Shown piece by piece: positions 50,774 to 62,659 of a stretch of DNA of 64,000 bases; position 1 is the stretch's first letter, and every line of letters starts with the position of its first letter. The DNA is taken from NCBI RefSeq assembly GCF_018977255.1, contig NW_024704743.1, forward strand, positions 49,850,001-49,914,000, in the 5' to 3' direction. The position numbers were made by a program, and so were the translations under genes. The DNA is from Callorhinchus milii (Eukaryota). The notes beneath the pieces are model-generated. The model was not told the DNA's origin. It did not search any database and saw only the letters and a list, made by a program, of their open reading frames with translations.

Positions 50774-51975
50774 CTGAAAAGGAGGGGGGAGGACTTATAA
50801 TTAGTTAACTCATTACTGCATTGCACAGAACAGCATGTAGGAAATACTGTACATTATGTGACCAGCCTAATGGACCCAAGAAGCTTTTTCCCTGAGCTGA
50901 CAACAAATTACAGTATAATCCACCAAACTGAATTATAGCTTACTGTTTTTTCCCCATCACTTTGTTTATCAATTAAATGTGAAACCTCTTAATGTACAAA
51001 GTACAAACACACAAACAAAATTGAATGCAGTATGCTGACTGCTTGTGTATAATTTATGAATTTATGCACTGGGGACATATTATTTGTGTGATAGGCTGTG
51101 GATAATTCAAGATTGAACTGTTCCATCAGCAGTCTCAAACATCAGCTCCTCTGCTGTGATGGAAGCACAGCTTAACAACAAGAAGAAATTACATTTGTAC
51201 AGCACCTTTCACATCGGGAGCACGTATCACCTTAACAGCACATGTTCACTGGAGATGTTATCAGTTATGCCCAAGCTGCGAAGCATTAGTGGGTAGAAAT
51301 TCCTCCTGGGTCTAGTTTTAATCACTTTTTCAGCATTTTAGAGTGTGCAGAATTTGGCAAATTCTTAAATAGTCCTAATTTTGAAGCCCATTTTCTGTAA
51401 ATTTCTTTTAAGAAAAACAGCATTGGACCCATGACTGAATTCACAATTTGCTGAATTCTGGACTCTCTAAAGTGTTAACAAAATTGGATGGAGGTGATTT
51501 CAAGCCAGTAATTTAATTGACCTGTTTAGATGGCAATTGTAACAGTCAGGTGAATCCCACAGTGGGATTACAACCCTTGAGATGTCTCTACTGAATTTCC
51601 TGGAGGGATTTGATTCCATTCCATTCCTTGTGGCCACTCTGTGATTTTAATTGTGGCTAAAGCACTACCAGTTAGTCACTGTCCTTAACAATAATTACTT
51701 TTGTGAAATTCTTGAGAGGTTTCAATGTGATAAGACACTATGTAATCAAAAGTTTGTAAAAGTGATATTCAGCTTCTAATTAGCGGGAATTCACACTGGC
51801 AGTAATATGCTCATATTTTTCAGAGTATCATTTATCAGAGTTTACCTTGTTGTTGAACTTTTAAAGAATAGAAGTTCATTTTAATTGATTTATTTTTGAA
51901 AGAAAAACACCAAAAAAATGGGAAATTGGACAAGAAAACTTGTTGAATAAAATAAAAATCATTGCATTTGATGTA

Positions 51976-52185
51976 TTAATAATAATAATAATCCTAGCAT
52001 TTGATATAGTGTTTTTCACGTCTTCTTGGTGTTTCAAAGCGCTTCACAGAATATGCTGTAAAGTGAATTGACTGTATATTTGTGGGCGAAATGCAGCAGC
52101 CAATTGTGTACAGCAGTGTCCCACAAACAGTCGTGGATTGAAACTGACCAATTTATTATTGTTTTGTTTTGGAGGGATTATTATA
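51976..52185 (-). mobile_element. Headless 3' module of the SINE
   Basis: Runs from the internal AATAATCCCTCC motif to the tail. Confidence 0.85.
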
Positions 52186-54489
52186 ATTGTGTGTTAATGC
52201 CTTAATACAGCTTTGATAAATGCTTGACAGAATTTAATCTAAAGTGCAGTGACTGTGCATTTGTTCTTAAGTAATGTATTATCATTTCAGATGATCCATG
52301 CAGTTCCTGCTTCCTGAACTCCCAGAATGAATTACCTGCTGATTGCCTCACGTAGACAGCAATAATAATAATACTTGCACTGATATAGCATCTTATCACG
52401 TCTTCAAGACGTCTCAAAGGCGCTTCACAGAATATACTGTAAAGTGCAGTGACTGTGTATTTTGTGGGTGAAACGTGGCAGAAATTGTGCAGAACTTTGG
52501 TGACTTTCAACTGTCCTTTAAACCCCATATCTGAGCCTTGACCGATTCAGCTTTCCCCTACCTCCACAACATTGCCTGCCTCTGCCACTACCTCTCCCCT
52601 TGGGGCCAACAAGACTATTATTCATGTTTTCATCACATCCAAGCTTGTCTTCGCCAACTCGCTGCTTGCTGGACTTTTGGTCTTGAGGAAGTTCAGCATC
52701 TCTTCGGAGTTGGAGGAGAGGATGGGTGAGGCATGAGAGGGTGGGCAGAGGAGCCAGTTTGTAGTGGAGAAGAGGAGCCTGGGGTTGTCCTTAGCCTCCA
52801 AGATTGTCCTGGAGTAGAAGGACGATTTAGCGGAGGGTTAGGTTTTGATGTGGTCCAGCCAGATCTGCTGATTGACTGTCAGGTTGGATTTGAGACAGGT
52901 GGATTTGGCAGCATTAAACACATACATAATTCAGCAAATTCCAGTTACAAGTGAAACTGTAAAATATACCTCATTGAACTATTCAATTTTGCCAATATTT
53001 TAAGTGATGAGAATTGAACTAATTACAATGATATAAAAAGTTGGTTTGCTGAAATAAACTTGAAGGCATCAATAATACCAGCCCTTTTAGTGCAATATAA
53101 TCTAGAGTTATCAATTTCATTGATCGGGTTGACTTGTTAAACCTGAATGCTGATGGTTACTTCATCTGGGAAATTGTTAACTTGGACTGCAGGAGAAATT
53201 CCCTTCTGCTTTTGACGAATACCATGAGATCTAAACTATAAGCACTTAACTTCGCGTTTGAACAACAGAACCTTTGACAATGCCGTGCATTGTTATATGC
53301 AACTTAGTAGCGTTCAGTCATTTTTTAACTTGGATCAATCAAGCAGTGGTTCGGGAGAATCCTCAAGGGTATAGTTACACAAACATCCACATTCATTCTA
53401 AATAATAATAATTCAGCCCATTTGATTCAGTGCCTTTGCACGTTGTTGAAAAGTCTCAATCTAATTATAAGACTAACTGTAAAGTGTAGTCATTGCATAT
53501 TTGTAGGTGAATCTGGCAGCTAATTTGCACATAATAATGTCCCACAAACATCCATGAAGTGAATTTTATCTGGGAAACTTTTGACCTGGTCTGCAGGAGA
53601 AACTCCCTTCTGCTTTTGACGAATACCATGAGATCTAAACTATAAGTACTTAACTTTGCATTCGAATGACAGAACCTTTGACAATGCAGTGCTCTCTCAA
53701 AACTGCATTGGCGTATCACCCTAGACTACAGGAGCTCAGGATCCTGATGTAAGACGTCAACCCACAACCTTCTGACTCACAGTGACAGAAACAAATTGAC
53801 ACATAGGGTGAGAGTGTTACGAACTGAGCTCAACTGATATCCGATGTGCTCTTTGACAGAGTTGCTCTCGATCCTCCTGTGATTGTATTTGAAATATTTA
53901 AATAGATCTTTGTGTTTGTTGTTGACATTTACTCTACTGAATCTGAACTATGCCTTCAAGAAATATGTGCAAAAGTACTCTGCAAATATTGATTTGTTTC
54001 CTTGAATACAAAGCATGAGCACTGATATGCAAAGGTGGTTAAAATAAGAGACCCAGGGGGTGTTCCATCCCAATTGAGTAAGGCAGTGTCAAGACACAAG
54101 AAAATCTCATTTACTACAGACTTCAGATAAAGCACTCAGTGACTGACAATCTCACTGACAGAATGAGAACACAGACTGGAACAAGGCACTGATTTATTCC
54201 ACTCGAAACAAAGCAAATGAATCTGTAAATATCAGTAAATGAAGTAGAAATATAAATTTATAAGGAGTGACAAGCTGTGCTGTGGTATCGGACGATTTGG
54301 GTTGCATCAACAGTTTTGCATTGAGAATACCTAAAATCACCACCATGAATAATGTTGATGCATATAGGGAACAATTTGCAGCAGCCCTAAGCTGGACAAC
54401 ATGAGAATACTTAGACTGAACTGTGCAGGTCATAGTATTTTGCATCCTCTACCACTGGGTTTTATACACGTACGATTATGATTTCTAGT

Positions 54490-56100
54490 ATGAAAACCCA
54501 CCAGCTGCTCCCTCAATCCCATCCTTACCTCTCTTCTTACCTCCCATCTCCAACTCCTTGCCCCCCTACTCACAGATGTCATAAACCTCTCCCTGTCCAT
54601 TGGCACGTTCCCACCACCTAAAAACAGCCGTCATAATTCCTATCTTCAAAAAACCTTCCCTGGACCCATCCCTGCTCTCAAATTACCGCCACATTTCCAA
54701 CCTCCCTTTCCTTTCCAAGATCCTGGAACAAGTCATTTCTTCTCAGCTTTGCTCCTTCTTCTCCCACCATTCCCTCTACGAACCTCTAAAATCAGGTTTA
54801 CGTGCTGCCCACAGCACATAACCAGCCCTAGTCAAGGTGACAAATAACATTTTGTCCACCTGTGACCAGGGCTCCCTCTGTCTCCTCGTCCCCCTTGACC
54901 TCTCTGCTGCCTTTGCATCATTGTCCACTCTATCCTCCTCCACCGCCTCTCCCCTCACCTCAACCTTCATGGTTCTGTCCCTGACTGGTTCAGATCCTAC
55001 CTTTCACACCATCTCCATTTTGCCTCCACAAACGGCTTCTCCTCCAGCCCCCGCACTGTCTTGTGCGGCATTCCTCAGGGCTCTGTCCTTGGTCCCCTCT
55101 TCTTCAACATGTACATGCTTCCTCTTGATGACATCATCCACAAATATGAGGTCAACTTCCACATGTATGCTGATGACATCCAACACTACCTCTCTGCCTC
55201 CACCTTTTCCTCCAGGACCACTGCTCTCCTGACAGAATCTCTGTCAGACATCAAGTCCTGGATGAGAGCTAACTTTGTCCAGTTGAACGTCAACAAGACC
55301 GAGGCCCTCCTGATTGGCTCCCATCAGCGCCTCCACACCTCAGGGCACCATTCAAGGATGCACGCTTCACTTCACTGAGCCAGTGCGGAATCTTGGCATC
55401 TTGTTTGACCCTCAACTGTTCTTTCTACCCCACATCAGTGCCATGACCCGCTCTGCCTTCCCCCACCTCTGCAACATTGCTCGGCTTCTTCAGGGCCTCT
55501 TCCCTCAAACCACCGAAACCCTCATCCATGCATTTAGCACAGCTAGGCTGCCTTAGCCAAATCCTTGCTTGTTGACCATCCCAACTGTTCCCTCCAAAAG
55601 CTACAGATCATACAGAACTTTGCAGCTCATGTCCTCTCAAATGTGCCAGACTCTGTGACCCTATGACCCCTACCCTACAGTCAATTCACTTTACAGTATA
55701 TTCTGTGAAGCGCTTTGGGACGTCCTCCTGACGTGAAAAGCGCTATATCAAATGCAAGGATTATTATTATTATTATATTACCCTCGCCTGGCTCCACTGG
55801 CTCCTCATCCCCCAGAGGATAGAGTTTAAAATCCTCGTCCTGAACTTCAAAGTCTTCCACAGCCTTGCTCTTTCCTACCTCTGTGACATGCTCCACATCA
55901 ACGTGTCCATTCTCTCCACTCAGCAGGCTCCATATCCCCTGTGCAGCCCTCCTCACACATTGGTGGTCGGGCCTTCAGCCTCTCTGCCCCACCCTTTGTA
56001 ACTCCATCCCACCCTTGCCTCCTCCAAGGCACGCCTCTTTGACCGCTCCTTTGTCCACCCTCCTACCCCTACCCTCCATGCCTTCCACCCCACTGATCCC
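54490..56100 (+). mobile_element. 5'-truncated decayed L2 LINE (RT region to 3'UTR), interrupted by a SINE fragment
   Basis: Motifs KKPSLDPSLLSNYRHISNLPFLSKILE, GIPQGSVLGPLFF and YADDIQHY. SINE 3' fragment at 55677-55778 flanked by a TACCCT duplication. Confidence 0.88.
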
Positions 56101-57129
56101 AACCACTGTTCTGATTCAAATCCCTGACTGTCCAGCCCCATTGAACCACTGAAGAAAAGACAGTAGAAGCAGCCTTCATCCCTGCATTGTAATTCTGTTT
56201 GATTTATGTCTTCTCACAACATACACGAGTGGGAGTTTTCATTGCTCAGGAAAGACTTCCAGACATATTGTTACAAGGCCACTGAGGATAGGAGGATAAA
56301 AAAATACATGTATTGATCCAGTGACAATTCAACCTCCTCTTTATCAACAAGCTGGGTTCTCTCGTCTCTCTCAGCTTTATGTTGGCAGTGTTACAATACA
56401 ATAACATATTATATTGTGCCTTTTACATCAGGAGGATGTCTCAAAGTGCTTGTCACTGTTGGCTGGATACCTGATCTGGGGGCGGGGAGTGGGGGGGGAG
56501 GGGGTGGGGGTTGTTGGGAGCTAATGAAGGCGTAGAGGGAAAAGATGATCGATTATTCCAAAACTCTGGTAAACTACCAGGAAAAGATCTGCCAACATCT
56601 AATAAACTGATGGAACAGACTTGGTGGGCTGAATGGCCTCCTATTTCCATATAGCTTTGTGGCTATTATTTATGTTATGAATATGGATTAAAAATTGTGA
56701 AATATTTTCCCAATGTGATGTATTTCTTAAAAGTGTTTCTTTATCAATATTTGTTGACTTTAAACGAAGCGGTGAACGGTGTTTATAATCATGGAGTTAT
56801 TGAACACAATTTACAAGATACTGTCCTGTCCTATCCCTAACCCTATGTGCGATATAACCCTTTGCTGGACTTTATAAGAAGAGTGTATTTTATCACCACA
56901 AGATTACATTTCAAATTCCTAGACACATCTTCCCAATTCTCACAATTAATACCCCATGCGCAAAAACAAGCATAAATAAACATAGATTTGCATAAACAAT
57001 AAACAAACTTGCTGAACTAATCATACATTGTTATGGCTACTTTGTTTGATGAAAGATGGCACCTTAATACATTGTAGTAATTTAGAAATCTATCTCTTGA
57101 ATTCAAACACAGAACATCCCAAGAAGAGT

Positions 57130-57956
57130 TACTACGAGGCCACCACAGCTACCTCGAATACACTTCTTCCCATCCCACTTGTAAGGACCCAATTCCCTTC
57201 TCCCAGTTTCTCCGTCTCCCTCACATCTGCTCTGACAATGCCGCCTTCTGCACCAGAGCTTCTGAAATGTCCTCCTTTATCCTCAGTCGAGGATTCTTCT
57301 CCACCATAGTAGACTGGGCCCTCGACTGTGTCCATCTTATTTCACACACTTATGCCCCCGCCTTCACTCCTCCCCTTCCAGAACCATGATAGGATCCGCT
57401 AGTCCTCACCTTCCATCCCACCAATCTCAATGTTCAATGGATAATCAACGTCATTTCTGCCACCTCCAGCTTGATCCCACCACAAAACACATTTTTCCCT
57501 CTCCTCCCCTCAGCATTCTGAAGGGACTGTTCCCTCCGTAACTCCGTGATCCACTCCTCCATCACCATTAACACCTGCTCTCCTTCCCCCGGCACCTTCC
57601 TATGCCAGCCCATTCACCTTTTCCTTTACCACTGTCCAGAGCCCCAAACACTGCTTCCAGGTGAGACAGTGTACATGTACTTCATTCAGTGAGCATTCAC
57701 TGCTCACAATGTGATCTACTCTACATCGAGGAGACCAAATGCAGATCGGGTGATGGCTTTGCTGAACAACTTCATTCCAGAGCTTCCGGTCACTTGATAC
57801 TTGAATTCTCCTTCACACTCCCACTCTGACCTCTCTGTCCATGGCCTGCTACGCTGCTTTGTTTTGCCCACAAAATATTCAGTCAATTCACTTTACAGTA
57901 TATTCTGTGAAGCACTTTGAGACGTCCCGAAGATGTGATAAGGTGCTAAATAAATG

Positions 57957-57987
<31 letters not shown>

Positions 57988-58390
57988 CTATCTACTTCCT
58001 AAGCACCTTACAGCCTTCTGGCCTCAACATTAATTTTAATCACTTCAGACCTTAAACACAGCTCCCATCTTCTCTCAGCCATGTCTCCCCTCTCCCCCTC
58101 TTCTATTCACCATCCTTTGGGTCTTAGGCACATCTTTCCTTTCTATAATCTGCCACTATTGCCTTCTTTTGTCTTGCACCATCAATACCTCTGATCTCAT
58201 CATCTCCTCTCTCACCTAATTTTTTNCCTGTGTCTTTCTTTCCTCGCCCCCTTCCCTGTTTATCCTTAAAAACTGCTCCTTTCCAACATCGCCCCAGTTC
58301 TGACGAAAGGTCATCGACCTGAAATGTTAACTCACTTTCCTCTCTCCATAGGTGTGCCTGACCTGCTGAATGTTCCCAGCGACTGTTTTT
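57130..58390 (+). mobile_element. Penelope-like retroelement remnant (RT C-terminus, GIY-YIG endonuclease, terminal region), interrupted by a SINE tail at ~57860-57986
   Basis: Degenerate HSYLEYTSSHP...IPFSQFLRL..ICSD and CSQC.LLYIEETK coding remnants. The 3' pyrimidine-rich tract and terminus are shared with copies at 10.5 kb and 61.1 kb. Confidence 0.8.
58296..58332 (+). ncRNA. Minimal type-I hammerhead ribozyme motif (Penelope-associated)
   Basis: AGTT-CTGACGA-A-AGGTC-ATC-GACCT-GAAA-TG-TT-AACT. Core CUGANGA, GAAA and UH; stem I AGTT/AACT; stem II AGGTC/GACCT. Confidence 0.65.
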
Positions 58391-61069
58391 ATCCCAAGAG
58401 TGTTACTAGTTTTGCTCAGCCTGGTCTATTCTCTGACTGGGCAACAAAGACATAGAATCATAGAATTATACAGCACAGAAGGAGGCCATTCGGCCCATCG
58501 TGTCTGTGCTGGCTCTTTGAAAAGAGCTATCCAATTTAATCCCACTCCCTTGCTCTCTCACCATGGCCTTGCAAACTTGTCCTCCCCAATAAACATTTTG
58601 TCAATAAATCCACCTATTTTGTTTGAGCATTGTAATTTTCCTTTTCTAAGTGAACATTGAATGTAACCAAACAAAAGCTGAAATCACCAATAAGTCAGTA
58701 AAATAATCCTGGAAATTGTCAGCTTGATTCCTGAAGTAAGTTATTGAGCAGTTTATTGAACAGTAATCAATTCTTTCCACCGGTTGACAAGCCAGCAACA
58801 CGAGGGCACAAACTGAAGATAATCATGAAAAGGTGAGGTTAGAAAAAAAGCTTTTGTAGAGAAGGTAGTTTTACTGTGCATTTCTTTTGCCCACAAAATA
58901 CACAGTGAATCCACTTCCACTTTACTGTGAAGCACTTTGAGACATCTCAACGACATGATAAGATGCGTTATCAAATGCAAGGATTGTTATTATTAAACTG
59001 TTGAAAAAGCAGAGTCCATGAATTCTCTTAAAATGGCATCAGATGGGTGCTTGAAAAAGGAATATGGAAGTGTATGAGGAACGAGCAAGGGAGGTGGTTT
59101 ATGTGAAGAAATGCCAGACTTGGTGGGCCAGATGCAAGTAACATCAATTGTCAAAAATATTTCTGATTTATCCTGACACAGAAATAAATTACTGTGCTAC
59201 AACTTCAATGCTCTGTCTTTCTCTCTGATTTTCAAAACAAATAACATTCCTAAATCATTTCTCTGTCCTCAGTGCAGAACAGAATTAAAAAGACTAATTT
59301 AAAAATTGATAAATTCTGACTGCCAAAATGTTCATTAATAGAGTATATCTAGACACAGGTCCACTGGCCGGCCTCACTGTCTAATCTGCTCAGGGACATA
59401 AGTGTCTCTCAAACTCCCTTTAGTTGGATTGCAGGGATGTTTGAAGACTCCTCACAAGTGGGTGAAGAAGCGCCATGTGTCTCTTGTCTCCTCATGGCTG
59501 CTTCTAGCTTTGATCCCTTCTCCAACTCAGCTTCAGAATGCTTGCCAACTTCACCCTCAGATAAACTTCAACGTCCTGCCTCAATTTTTTTNAATGTGTA
59601 TCTTGTTTTTAAAAAAATTGTTTCAGTAATAACATTTAATTCTTCTGCTTCTTTCTGTATCAAGATGTGACACAGTGCTGCACATTCCCTTTCATCTACA
59701 ACCTGAGATATAAAGGTGTCTTTCGATCAAGAAGATTTTCATCTACTTATAAGACGTATGTAGGTGTATGTAGATAGCAAACCGCGGGTTGTCTGAGTAA
59801 ATTAAACGTCTGATGGAACTGAACTAGTTGCATACTATCACTCAGATAGGCAATAAAAAAAAGCTAATCAAGATAAGAGTTGATCATGCAATCAATTGTT
59901 CATGCACTTCCTTGGTGAACATTTTTATGGAATATTTGTAATTTATCAAATATACTAAATCATTCACAGTATTTATAATTCATTTGTCAAGATCTAGTAG
60001 TCAGATGCATTTTATAAAACAGATAGTTCAAGCACTGTAACAAATGTAAGTGTTATTATTATAACTTGCATTTATGTAGTGCCTTTCATGTGATATAAAA
60101 AAGACTTAAAGTGCATATTCTGCCCGTGGACCTTCTTGAATCACTTTTACTGAATCGCTGGCATGTTTCTCTCCGCTGTACCAGTGCTCAATAAAGCATG
60201 GGGATCTGTGACAACAGGAGCAATGGAAGGGATCAGTTGTATTGCTGTTGCCTGCTCTGATCCTCACCAGAGTTGGAATGAAAACCCACCTCAGGAAACA
60301 GTGGTTAGTGCCTCTTAAAAGGAGGTTCGTTGATTCTCCAGGGGCATGGGGAAAATGCACTTAAATGGAACTGAAAGAGCCAGCACAAACATGATGGATA
60401 GAAATGCTGTTTCACTCATTTTGCAACGCTGGTACTTTGGTAAAGATATTAACTTTTTCTAAAGGAAGGATTTCCATGAGTGATGCTGCACAGCTGCTTT
60501 GCCTATTGAGTATTGTCTGACATTTCTCCAGTCCAATTTGCTAGGCATATGTAGATTTGCAGCAGAATTTTTGGCCTGAAGAGAGATCCCAAATTTAGAG
60601 ATTAAACCCCTGAGGTACATCTGTGATCTGTCTGATGTTGCTAAGTACTTTATTATTCAGTGATATTTTTATAACTCATCCTTATTATTGATTCATTTTC
60701 TCATGGAGTTGAGGGTTTGTGTTGGTCTAGTGGGGAACTGGATCACTGCTTTCCTCTACCTCGTGGGTTATGTTATGCTGCTCCATTCACTCAATGTAGA
60801 GAATTTGTTGCTCTGCACCCATAAATAATTAAAGAAAAACTTAAATCAGAACTAAAATTAAATTATAAAATCATGTTAACTATTTACAAGAGCACAGGGG
60901 CAAACAGAGCTAAATATTGTTGTCCACATTGATAGATTTGCGTTGCTTTATTGAGATAAAACACAGTTCAGTTGAATGAAAGCATGAAAGGGCAGGGAAA
61001 ATAGGTTTTGCCCCAGGCAGCATGGTTTTGCACAAGCATTATTTCCAGTTGTTTTAATGGGAGAAGAAA

Positions 61070-61715
61070 ATCCCAAAACATGCTTTCAAGATAGTTTTAA
61101 CCCAATATGCTGCATTTTCTGCTCACGATGTGGTCTCCTGTACATCGGGGCCACGAAACTCAGATTGGGTGATCGCTTTGCCGAGCACTTCCGTTCCATT
61201 CACAAGTGCAACCCTGAATTTCTGGTCGCTTGCCACTTCTAATTCTCCTTCCCACTCCCTTTCTGACCATGGCCTCCTATGCTGTTCGAACAAAGCACAA
61301 CGCAAGTTCGAGGAACAGTACTTTATCTACTGCCTAGGCACTTTACAGCTCTCTGGCCTTAACATTGATTTTAACCACTTCAGGCGTTAAACACAGCTCC
61401 CATTTTCTCTCAGCCTTACCTCCTCGCTCCCCAGCTTCTACAACCATTCACACATCCTCTGGGTCTTAGACACATCTTTTCTTTCTATAATTTCCCACTG
61501 TTGTCTTCTTTTGTTTTGCACCATCAACACTTCTGATCTCATCACCTTCCTCCACCTAAATTTTCCTTTGTCTTTCTTTCCCCGCCACCTTCTTTGCTTG
61601 TCCTTATATTCTGTTCCCTTCCAACATCCCCAAGTTCTAATGAAAGGTCGTTGACCTGAAACGTTAACTCAGTTTCATCTCTCCATAGATGCTGTCTGAC
61701 TTGGTGTTTTTATTT
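61070..61715 (+). mobile_element. Penelope-like GIY-YIG/terminal fragment
   Basis: ORF 61057-61242 contains ICCIFCSRCGLLYIGATKLRLGDRFAEHFRSI, a GIY-YIG motif of the Penelope type. Confidence 0.85.
61633..61669 (+). ncRNA. Minimal hammerhead motif with a core G5>A change
   Basis: AGTT-CTAATGA-A-AGGTC-GTT-GACCT-GAAA-CG-TT-AACT. Retains the palindromic AACGTT stem-III region. Confidence 0.55.
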
Positions 61716-62432
61716 CATGCCTTCAAGGTGTTCTGTCTTGAGAAATTCTGTAAATTTATCTGCATTCTTGTTTCCAACTTTGTCTGTTGGAAGTTGGAAA
61801 CACAGAGGTGTCCAGGAAATTGCTGCTTACTTCCTTCCCTCCCACAATTATTTATGCTTTTTTCTTAAATGCATACTATTCACATACACAGTCACTACAC
61901 TTTACAGTAAATTCCTGTGAAATACTTTGAGACATCCTTCTGATGTGAAAGATACTATATCAAATGCAAGGATTATTATTATTTAAACTATAGTCATTTT
62001 TAAAACAGCTGGCTCAGTCAAATCATGCTATCAGAAAGATTATGTCAGCCTGGTTCAATTAGCAGCACTCTTGCCTGTTAAGCCACAAGGTTTTGGGTTT
62101 GAGCTCCATGTCAGGACTTTGAATTTACAGTCTAGGCTGACACTGCATTGCAGTGCTGGGGAGTGCTGCAATACTATCTATCAGATGAGATGTTAAACTA
62201 AGATCCTATCTATGGGGATGAGATGTAGAAATAAGTTCCCGTCTGTGGGTTCAGGTGGCATGATTTGAGAAAAGAAGGGTTAAAGGAAAACAATAAAGAA
62301 AGGCCTGTCAATGCTTTGAGACATCTCAATGATGTGAAAAGGATCTGTATTCAAATACAAGAATTCTTTGTATTAGTATCATAGTGTGTCAAAATGTTCA
62401 TCAAATGCAAGGTTATTTAAGCTCAAGACCGT

Positions 62433-62659
62433 AATAATAATAATAATAATAATCCCTCCAAAACCAAAAACAATAATAAATTGGTCATTTTCAATCTACG
62501 ACTGTTTGTGGGACATTGCTGTGCGCAATTGGCTGCCGCGTTCGCCCACAAATATACAGTCAATTCACTTTACAGTGTGTTCTGTGAAGTGCTTTGGGAC
62601 GTCCTCCCGACGTGAAAAGCGCTATATCAAATGCAAGGATTATTTTTATTATTATTATT
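62433..62659 (+). mobile_element. Headless 3' module of the SINE with 8-bp TSD AAGACCGT
   Basis: TSD at 62425-62432 and 62660-62667. Begins with (AAT)7CCCTCC; body near-identical to the 3198 copy. Confidence 0.9.

Noticed and set aside
58226..59592. Two single N bases (58226 and 59592)
   Set aside because: Both follow poly-T runs and are most likely homopolymer ambiguities in the assembly.
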